Shown: positions 13,501 through 24,100 of the stretch, piece after piece
How positions within the stretch are numbered: the stretch's first letter is position 1
How the letters are laid out: each line of letters begins with the position of its first letter
Assembly (NCBI GenBank): GCA_013265495.1
Contig: MU058289.1
Location: 682,001-746,000 of the forward strand
From: Vicugna vicugna
Lineage: Eukaryota
Reading direction: 5' to 3'
Length of the DNA: 64,000 nt
The notes under the pieces: generated by a model
The model's input: only the letters and a program-made list of their open reading frames with translations
Told to the model about the DNA's origin: nothing
Databases searched by the model: none
Made by a program: the position numbers and the translations under genes

Positions 13501-15264
13501 CCCAGCAGAGAGGCTAGGACTGCTGAAGACCAGAGTATGTCTCTGCTCTGATGAGGAAGACCAGTTCTGCTTGGTGCTTCCCCACCTCAGCTTGTGTAAT
13601 CCCTCCAGCAGCTGATCTCTTAAGTCCTCACTCAGTTTTCTTGACCTTTACTGTTCTGGCTTCACCCCTCCACTGGCAGTGACCTCCTCACCTTGTTCCC
13701 CAGCTGCTGACCCTGTGGTCACCTGGGCCTCTCACCCCCTTCCTTTCCGGGGTCAGGTTTCAGGGCATCTTCTCCCAGGACTTGCTCAGTATTTTGGGTG
13801 ACTGGCCTCATCCCGTCCCCAAGCAGATGACTCTCAGAGATCAGCCCTGAAGCACCCATTTACCATCTTGTGCAGAGACACAAGGAATCAGGTGCAGAGA
13901 CACAAGGACTTCTGCCACCTCAGGGTCTCCCAGAAGCCAGGAACATTTGTAAATGAACTTACTGTGTGTCAGGAAGAGGGAAGGTCAAGAGTTGAGCTCT
14001 TAGGCCACTCAGCCCTCTCTATTCCCCCCAAACTCTGTTCCCACAAATCTAATTGCTCTCTCCTAGATCTCAAGCCATGATTATTCTTTTCAGATTTGGC
14101 TCTGCTTCCATAATTAAGGTGTCCTATTTTACGTCTCTCCCTGGGCTGGTAATTTGAAACGAGCTTGCATCCTGCCAGCGTGCTCATGCACTCCCGTCCC
14201 CGCCCCTGGCCACACTCCTTGTTTGGTCTGTTTTCTCTCCTCAGAATCCAGTTGAATTGGCTGTTCTCCAGTCCTGTCTCACAGAACTGCTCTAGAATCC
14301 CTAGACACGTGAGCACCTAAGAAGAAAGCATAGCCACGTGGTCAAGCGTCCCCAGAGGGCCAGGGTCCTCATGTGGCCCATGGCTGCCTGCAGGTGAGAC
14401 CTCCGATTCTGTCTCCCACTGTCCCATTGCCTGCCTCTGCACCACCTCTGCCTTGTTCTCACCTCTTCTCTGCTTAAACCATATAGCGCCAAGGTGGCTC
14501 CAGTTTCCTTGGGAGCCATTTGACAAAGACACATAAACACATAACAGACAAACTGTGCTTCATGGCTCCCCGGGAACTGTGTCTTGTCTTGGTCTGTATT
14601 ATATGGTCCAGAGCCAAAGGAGGCTACATTCTCATCCCCACGAACCAGGACACTTGACTGCTTCCCCCAAGTGTAGGACCCCAACATCTTATTTCCCCTT
14701 TACTCCACTGTCAGTCTGAGCTCTCCTCCAAGACCAAGATTTTCTAGCCTCCCAGTCACTGTTTCTCCGCAGCACAGAAGCACTTTTTACATAAACAACA
14801 GAAAGGGAGGAGAACGCATCTCTGTTGCATTGACTTGTGTGGTTCTGCATGTGTGCTTTCCTTGAATGTTCACGACAATCTGGATTCGGTTAAGAAAGGT
14901 GAGGAATAAGGAGGTGGACCACTTCTTTACTCCTAGGGGCCTGGAGAAGTTGTCTGCCCCACTAGGCCCGTGTGTATGTATGTATATGGACATGCACACA
15001 CCATCCATTTATACATACGCACCACGTGGGTGTCTGACGTGTATGCCAATCCACTGGGTTACTTTGGGTGTCTCAGGCCTCGTTTGAGCTCTTTTTCCTC
15101 TTGGCAGGTAGTACATACCTGGTCTGTTCCCTCCCACTCATCACCGTATGTCGGCTGCAGGGCCAGAGTCAGAAAAATAACCTGCGGGAAGGTGGGAGTG
15201 GACTTTGGAGCGGGGGCTCGCTATTGTGAGCCTTTTTTCAGAAAGTGCTGGATTTATGCCATCA

Positions 15265-15830
15265 CTTTGGAGAGTAGAGTGGCAGTTTCTGTTGAAGCTG
15301 AAAATGCACCAATGCTCCCAGTATTTCCCTCCTTCAAGGAATTTTCCCACACGTGTACAAAAGGACATGCACAGGATGTTCGAAGCAGCAGTGCTATGCT
15401 GGTGAAAAATGGGAGATTATCCAAATGTCTATAAAGAGTAGAATAAAAAAAGTAAAATGGCTTATTAATATGATGGAATATTATTCAGTAGACAAAAGGA
15501 ATGAATGAGATCTGTCCACTTCAGTGACGAATGTCAAAGGGGTAGATGTCAACAACACAGTCTGGGGTGGAAAAGAGCTAGTTAGACTTGTACTGTGTGA
15601 TATTTATGGGCATTAAAAAAAACGCAAAAGAATACTGAACAGTGTTTGTGGACTCAAGTACAGAGTACATTTCATGGACAGGAAAGATACACTTACATTC
15701 TGAAGAGAGGAAGCTTAGTGAAGGAGAAACATTAATAGGAACGTCAGCCTTAAAAATCTGAAGAAACATGACTTAATAAGCATGTGCTCTGCATGATTTG
15801 TTACGTTTTTAAGTTTCTATACTTAAATTT
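15265..15830 (+). mobile_element. Old L1 (L1ME-like) 3' fragment
   Basis: cactttggagag...atggaatattattcag...aaaggaatgaa text. Confidence 0.6.
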
Positions 15831-17708
15831 TTCATCCAGATTTTTTAAATAATGGAAGAAAGACAGGCTGCAACTCTGATCACTTGTGAAATGACATATC
15901 TTTTGGTTGCAAGTGACTGAAAACCCAATTCAAACTGGCTTAAGCTAAAGAGGGGGAGGGGTCACACTCTGAAAAGCCCCAGAATATATCTGCTCCAGGA
16001 TAGCAAATGCCTGGACTTGGTTTCTTCCTGTTCCACCTTCCCTTAAGTTGACTTTAGCCTCTCTCCTCAAAGTGGCCTCCAGTGCGATGGGCCACCATTC
16101 TTAAAGGGTTAATTCAGTAGAAAAGAGGTTCTTCCTCTTAAATGGTTAGAAGAGAAGGGCAGGGCTCAGCTTTCCTTGGCCTGGGTTGAGTCACACCCCG
16201 ACGTGTGAACCATCACCGTGGTCGGAGGGGAACTGTGCTGAGATCCCCGATCTATCACCTGGGTCACACATCTACCACTGAAGCCTGAGGTGGGGAGTGA
16301 AGTCATTACAGAAGGGGAGTGCTGTCACCAGAGAAGAAGAGATGCTACAAGAAGGCCGAAGCAGCAACTGCCCACCTCTGATTGCTGGCTCATTTTTGGA
16401 AATGGGGTTGCAGAGCACAATGGGATAAAACTGTAATCTTCAAGTCCACCAGTCGGTTCGCCCTTCCCCACCTCCCTCTGATCGCTGTGCACCCCGCCCC
16501 TGTGGTGGGGCCTCCACGTTGTCAGTGCTAGAGCGAGGCTCTCAGCAGCCTTCCCGTAAGCCATCAGTTCTCCACCCGGGGTGGGGGCGGGAACATAGCC
16601 TCTGCCAGCTGAACTGGTGACCATCTCAGAGGGATACTGTCCTAGCAGGATGGAGGGGATGGTTTGAAAATGCGTGTTTAATATAATTTGTTCTTTGCCA
16701 AATTATATTTGTTTAATGTAACATAAACGACAGCAGTTAGCAACGTGTTATGGTCAAAAAGGCATGTGTTCAAAGGTTGTGAGGCGCTGAGTCGGGGTGT
16801 GGTAGCCTGAGCCCGGCTTAGGGAGGAAGCTCCCCAATGAGTTTACATAAACCCAGTGACCTGATTTTACATCAGAGTCCCTTCCCATTGGAAGCTCACC
16901 CTGCCCCCTCCTGACCACCGTACGAGGCTGAGGTATGACATTGCTAGTGGTATCTTCAAGAAACCTTCCTTTTTTCCCCCTTAACACAGTGCTCCAGTAG
17001 CCATTCATTTTCTTAGCAGGGGCAACAGTGGTTGCATTGAACCAGATTGCATGAACTAGATGTTTTCAAGTAATCTAAGTGCAAAATTGAGGCTTTCACT
17101 GGGGCTTTGTGAAACACACCCCCTTCCAAAATAAAGCTCACTAAGCATGTTCATAACCTTCACCCTGACGAACTGTCCTTAATCTTGGGTGACAAAAATA
17201 TAATGTACAGTTTTTTTCAGGATGACATTGGCAAGTATGTTTAGTATTGAGCCTTCCCTTCCTCCTGCTAATACAGCTTCTAAGATCAGAAATCCCACCT
17301 GTATTTTAGATCAACATACCACCACCTAAATGCAGCTGAAGTAATCCTGTCTTATAAAACAGGAAAACTGCAGTTCAGAAAATCTTTAGAACCAGATTCT
17401 TGACGGGCACAAAGTAGTGAACATACAGGCCTGTGTGGAGCAATTGTAGCTTTTTTATCTAAACCAGTTTTGTTATTCTTTGTCTCATGACAGAATAGTT
17501 CTGGGTTTTATGTCTCATTTGATGCATCAAAAAGCTTTGCATTTCACCAGGCCGACTTTAAACTCACATCTCTGACAGCCTGAGTGACACCAAACTTTAA
17601 CAGTGAAATTTTGAATCATTAAATGCGTATACACCAGGTAGCGTAATGTTTTCTAAGTGTGCAATTGCATTCAGCAGAACAAGTATGTCTGTCATCTAAC
17701 TGGATCAA

Positions 17709-17765
17709 CAGTTTTCAAACTTGTTGACCTCAAGATGCTTTTACACTCTTAAAAATGACTGAGCT
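17709..17765. mobile_element. hAT Charlie1-like terminal fragment abutting the FFAR2L stop
   Basis: cagttttcaaacttgttgacctcaagatgcttttacactcttaaaaatgactgag resembles a Charlie1 end. Confidence 0.5.
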
Positions 17766-17772
17766 GGCAGGT

Positions 17773-18760
17773 CTAGTCACCTGTGAAGCTGATATTGGCC
17801 ACACCTAAGCGCCCGTCCCCTCTCTGTGTGGCCGGCTCTCCAGCTCTGCTCCCCCAGTACCCTGTCAGTGAGGCGCCCAGCTCTGCAGCCTCCCTAGCCT
17901 TTTATCAAAGGCTTTGCGCATAGCTGAGGAGGAGAAATAGAAAATCAGGGGGTCAGTGCAAGCGTTGGGAGTGCTTAGCAACACGGCGCATGCCCGCCAG
18001 GTTGGATTTTTCCACTGGAAGAACCACACCACGTGAGACACGTTGTAGGGCCCAAAACAGACCACAAAATTGAAGAGGGTCGTAACAGCCAGCCCCATGG
18101 CTCTCCAGCGCCTCCAGGTCCCCACGTGGGGCTGGGAGAGGATGATTCGTACAAAGCGCCGGTAGCAGAAGATGGTGGCCGCCATGGGGATGAAGAAGAG
18201 GACGAGGCACAGCGCCAGCCGCACGGGAAGCACCAGGCGCAGCTGCCCTCGGGTGAAGTTCTCATAGCAGACCGGGAGGCCTTGGGCGTCTCTCACCAGC
18301 CTCTTGGTAGCTGGTAAGTATTAGACACTGACCACAATGCTGCAGTGTCTGAAGGACAAGATCCAGGCGACCAGCGCAGCAATGAGCCCGTACAGGGGCC
18401 AGCTTGTACCGCACGGGGAAGGCCACTCCCAGGTAGCGCTCCAGGCTGACGCCCGCCAGCAGCCACGTGCTGCTGTAGGTGCCGCGGTAGAAGCCGTAGC
18501 CAGTGAGGACACAGGGTGTGTCCCCCAAGGGCCAGCCCCCAGGAAGTCAGGGGCTGCCTCAGCCCTCATGAAGGGCAGCAGCAGCTGCAGCAGGAGGTCC
18601 GCCAGCGTCAGGCTGAGCAGGAGGATGTGGATGGGGGCAGGGTTGGGCTGACGGGCCCGCCCCAGGAAGGCCCGCAGGCCAGGAGGTTGGCAGGGAGACC
18701 GATGAGAAAAGATATAAAACAGATGATGAGACACCCCAGGCTTCAGGGATTTGGGGCCAT
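17773..18760 (-). pseudogene. FFAR2L: FFAR2-like (FFA2L-type) short-chain fatty-acid GPCR pseudogene
   Basis: Three-frame reconstruction gives GLPANLLA-RAFLGRARQPNPAPIHILLLSLTLADLL, STWLLAGVSLERYLGVAFP, CYENFT..LPVRL, CFGPYNVSH, DPLIFYFSS and ...SFTGD*. Lesions: TGA 18743-45, -1 fs ~18677, fs ~18537, 8-nt deletion ~18400, TAA 18321-23, fs ~17876. 5' intron 18865-18766. Confidence 0.9.
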
Positions 18761-20960
18761 CCTTCCTGAAGAAACAAAAAATAGATCAGAATTCTCTATG
18801 ACTTTGGGTTCCCAGACCCAAACCAATGTAGATCAGATCCATTGCATCTCCCGGCCCTGCTTTACCGAGTGACTGTCCGACCCTTCAGACAGAGTGCTGC
18901 TCTGCTGCCTGTGTGGAGTGGGCAGAGAAGACCTCCTTGCTTCCCAGTCAAACTGCTTCTTTAGAACCTTCCTCGTCTCCGTTTCCACCCTACAGATTGA
19001 GAGAGAGGGAGAGAGGGAGGGAGGGAGGGTCTCCTAAGAATGCTGATGACTCAGAAGCTCCCACAGGAAAAGTTCTGAGATCTCAAGTCCCCACTAGAAA
19101 GGGCATTTCGCGAGGGCAGTGACATCATCTACCTCGTTCACCATTGTGTCCTTAGTCCCTGGAACTGTGCCTGACAAGTAGTGGGTGCTGAGCAAACGTG
19201 TCAGTACATGAATGGCTGTGGGAACTGTGCTCCATCGCAAAGAGGAGGTAGTCCTAAGACTGCCTCTGAGTTTCTCCAGATTCTACTCGGTCTGCTGTGG
19301 CTTTTCTCCTCTCCTTATCTTTGCCTCTTTTGTTTTTCTGTTCTCCCTGCAGGACATGGGGCTTGAACACAAGATTCTCAGCTTCACCTCTGAAAATGGG
19401 AGTTTGATTAAGCATGAGGGTAAAACAGCTTAAGCCCAAGAGGAATCCCAGCTGCCAGCTTCTTGATTCCACGCTGAGCCATTCAAAGAAAGCCTGTAGA
19501 TTTGGGTCAGGGCAGCAGAAGGGGACTGACCTGGGCCAGGTAACCAGGATTCCAGTCCGGGCCGTGCCTCAGATCAGGTGACTCTGGGAAAACCATTCTA
19601 CGTCCTCTCAGCATCAGCTTGTTTTCCTCTGCACCACATACGTGATTTCACCAGAATTACCACCATTCACATACGCTGCCTCCCAGTTCCCCCTGTAGAA
19701 AGCATATGTAAGTGAGAATTACATCAATCAAGAGTAACCTCTGATCTCTAATTCATCATTAAAAGATAGATATTTAAAATAAAACTTGAGTCCTTAACCT
19801 ATTACAGGCAATGTATTGCTGGTGGCCCATGTGCGTAACTCTTTCCCAAACTGGGAAGTCTCCGAAGTAGAGGGCCGGGTAAACAGGTGGAGTCCCTGGT
19901 CCGGTCGAGTTAGGACTGAGCTCACCTTTTCTTTCTCTCCTGCGCTCACCTGCACCCCCACCCTCACCAGCACCCTCTCTCCCTTGACTCGTCCTGGCTC
20001 CCTTCTCATTCCTGTGACCTCTTCCCTCCCCTCCTTGGAGAATAAACCCCATAATCTGCTCCCTGTTTGTAACTTGACCTACATACACACCTTCCATCCC
20101 ATCTCCTCCTAGGGCTGTGATCCCAGCAGCCTCTTTCCTGAGCACAAGCAAAGTTGGGTGCCTTACTTTTTCCAGGGGGCAGATGGATGGTTTTTCAAAT
20201 ATGTCAGCTCTCAGAAGCGTATCGAGCCTTGTCTAGCTGGACTAACTTTCTCTTTCCCACGAACAGCAGTCTTGTACCTGGAAGAGTCACGTAGTCAAAA
20301 AGAGGAAGGTCAATAGTTGAGCCCTTTCCAAGGCAGCTTGACCTGGTACCCTACCAACTTCTGTTCCTATCAAACATAGTTCTTCCAGAATCCAGATAGT
20401 AATTATTCTTTTGAGCTTTGCCTGGCTTCCTTTGGCCCATTAGGTCCCCTCTTACAAATGTTTTTCCTTAGACTCAGACTATCCTGGGCCCATGTTGCTA
20501 CCAGGCAGTCTGTTTATGACTCTTCGCCCCGACTCATCCCCTCTCCCCATCGTCTGTGTCCTGCCTAGACCACTTCCTCTTCTCACTGTTCTCTCACCAA
20601 CCCGTGTAGGGTCCACATTGCTCTCTGGTGGCGTCTCCAGGCAGACATAGAAGATGCGGACACTCACGGAGGATGCTTTGTCTCTCTTCAAGGAATGTGT
20701 TTGTCTTCCCCTGGCTGCCTGACCCTCTCAGCAGACACTCTCGTTCTCTCCCCATGACCCGGGAGAGTGACCCTCAGCCAAGTGTCTCCTCCAGAAAGGA
20801 TCTCTTCTCACTTAGCTTATCATTCCCCACCTTGGTACCCAAGTGCTTTCTCTACATGTCTGCAGGCTGGCCCTGCCTAACACACACGGTGCATATCCTA
20901 AGATGGACACTGAGAAAGTGATTTGTTGCTTGATACACATGAGATGAAGGCAACATCTTT

Positions 20961-21186
20961 TTTTTTAAACATTTTTTATTGATTTATAATCATTTTACAA
21001 TGTTGTGTCAAATTCCAGTGTTCAGCACAATTTTTCAGTCATTCATGGACATATACACACTCATTGTCACATTTTTTTTCTGTGAGTTATCATAACATTT
21101 TGTGTATATTTCCCTGTGCTATGCAGTGTAATCTTGTTTATCTATTCTACAATTTTGAAATCCCAGTCTATCCCTTCCCACCCTCC
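20961..21186 (-). mobile_element. Short 5'-truncated young L1 3' end
   Basis: Same family as 1561-1810 in reverse; TSD acatcttt at 20953-60 and 21187-94. Confidence 0.85.
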
Positions 21187-24100
21187 ACATCTTTATCTTT
21201 CATTATCTACTGAAGTTATTTGTGCCATTTTGCTTTGTACATTTGATTGAGCCACAGAAATTTACTGGAAAGGTGATGATTGCCGGTTAGGGCTGCTTTT
21301 ATTATCTTAAAATGCTAAGGAAGGGGCCTCTTTTTTCCATCCCCATCCCCAGCCATGCAGAGCTGATTCCCAGAGCTGCAGAACCCTCTCTTTTAGGTGC
21401 CAGGACTGTGGCACCAAGGCCTCTGGAATCACTCAGTAAACCTCCTTTCAGCTTGGAAAAGGGCAGTGCCTCCTGGGGTGACCCCATCCCTTCTCATGGG
21501 GTGTTAGTTTTGAGTCTCGGTAAGACTTGCTCTTCTGGAAATGACTATTTTGAAGTCTGTCCTTAGGAAAAAAAAAAAACCTAACGTAGTCCTTGCATAT
21601 AACAGGCACTTGAATACTTGTGGAGGGAAAGGATGAAAAGTTGGATGTGCCTGAAAGAGCTTACTGACTGACGAGACAAGCAAAGGGTGGGTCAGAACCT
21701 GTGTTTTTTCCTATTCCTCTTTCATCTCCATTCTGTCACCCAACTTACCAGTACTGGGACATCCTTGATGCGGGGGTCTTAGGGTCACCGAGGTAGAGAG
21801 GAAATTCAGACTAAGCTGTTTTACAGAATCACAAGGCTTCATCGACCCCACACAGCTGCCATCATGGGAGCGGGCCGTGCAGCATCTCAGGTCAAACTCA
21901 ACTCAGTGATACTTCACAGTGGTTCACACTGATTTATGCCTGTGGGCTTCCGCTCCACAGTGCCACCCCTTTCGCCATCACTCCGCTTCCCAGTCGTCAG
22001 ACGCCCCGAGCTTTACCCTGTGCAGGGCACTGCTCTGGGTGCTGGGGACGTGAGTGAAGGAAACACACAGGAAACAGGCAGACACACAAACCGGGTAATT
22101 TCAAATGAAGGAAGGAAGGAAATAGGGAAATCTAGAGAGAGAGACTGGCATAGGGCTCTTTTACATAAGGTTGTCAGGAAAGGCCCGGGCTGATTAGGGA
22201 TATTTGCACTGATGAGAAGGAGCCAGCCATGTGAAGAGCGTTCCAGGGAGAGTAAACAGCAAGTACCAAGGTCCTGTGGTAGGAACAGGCTCGCTATGTT
22301 GGGGGAACAGGAAGGAGGCCAGTGAGGCCTGGACGGGCTGCTCGGCCTCTGGGCGCGTAAGTGCTGATTCAGCTGAGCTGTTGTCTCATCTGTGTATCTT
22401 ATCTTCGTCTCCTGGGCTTTGATACGTCCTGATAAGGGCCAGTCCGAACCCTTATCCTGACTCAGAGCCCTCCCGCTATCTTGATGACACAGAGCCACAG
22501 CTGTCCTCTCCAGCACCCAGTAACAACAGGTGGGGTGACGGTCAGAAGGAGGTGGCAAAAAATGGTGCAATTGGAAAACATTTTAAGATGATAGCGAACA
22601 GAGGTGTGCAGCCCAGCGTGCGCCGTCAGTGGATGCCAAGGGAAAGGAGGCGCCAGGGCCCAACCAGGGAATGGGGCGTGAGTTAGTCACCGCTCTCCTT
22701 CAAGCTGGGCCCCCATACAGCTTAGCTCCCCGCAGCTCAGTGGCAGCCCTTTGATGCCACACACACAGTCCAAGATCAAGAAACCTCATCTGCTAAGAAA
22801 TTGAGGTTTCCCAGACACCTCTCCTCTGCCAGCACTCTGCCTGGCCAGGCCCTCACTTCCAGCATCTCGGAGTGGGACCCCCGCTGACACAGACCTTGCC
22901 TCCCCATTTTTCCGGTTGCTCAGGCCAAAATCCTGAGGGATCCTTTTGATACTTTAAAGATATCTCTCAGGGCTTGACCCCTCCATCAGCAGATTCTGTC
23001 CACTCTGTCTTCAGAATACACCCCCAGTCCAGCCACTTCTCAGCACATCTACTGCACCAGCCCGGTGCAGGCTGTCCTCAGCGTCTCTCACCTGTGCTCC
23101 TTCATGATCTCCCGTCTGGTCCCCTGCTTCTGTTGTTGCCCCCTTCAGCCTGTTCTCCACACAGCAGCCAGAGTGATCCTTTTCAAACACAAGGAGGTCT
23201 GTTCCTCCTCAACTCAAAAATCCCGGTCTCCCCATCTCTCTCAAGCCCTAGTCCTTACAGTGGCCTCCAAGTTCAATTCTGTTGACCTCCTGCCCCCGTC
23301 ACCCTCTGGCCTCGTCTCCTCCTCTTCTCTCTCCCCGCATTATTTGGGACACTTCTCTAGGGGGGAGCAATTTGATGATATCTCTCAAAATTAAAAATCC
23401 CATACCATCTGACCCCACCAGTTGACTTTTATGTGGATACACTTTTCCGTGTGCACAAACACAGGCCACATCCCTGTGTTTTTCGCTTGTTTGTTCTGTG
23501 ATAATGAAAGACTAGGAACCACCTGTGTCCATCAGCAAGAGGGCTGGTTAAATAAAAACCATGGGGCGTCCAGTCAGCTGAAACACTAAGCAGATCTACG
23601 TACGCCAGTGTAGGTCATACTCCAGGATGTGCTGTGAGATGAAAAAAGCAAGGTTTGAGACTAGGGAGCTGTGAAGGAGCAGGGACATACACCCACACAT
23701 ACGCTTGGTGAGTGCTTCCTGAGCAGCCCCCCGGGAACTGCACTTGCTGACACTGGGGAATCAGCGGTGAACAGGCCTGGCTTCCCGGAGCTGACGTTCC
23801 ACTGCAGCCAGACAGGCAGTACGCGGCCACACAGATACATAACCTCAGACCAGGCGCTAGGCTGGCGCTAAGAGGGGAGACAGAGAGCAAAGGCAGTCCA
23901 GGAAGGCCTCTCCGAGGAGGTGATGTTTGCGCAGAGGCCTGCAGGAAAGAAGAGTATGAGCAGTGTGACCGGGCGGGGTGGGGGGACGTTCAGGCAGAGC
24001 ACGGCTGGCCCTGAGACGAGCCACGTTGTGTCCAAGGAGGTCGGGGAGGCCAGAGCAGCTGCCAGGATGCTGAGTGAGGGAGAGTCGTGGGAATGAGGTC

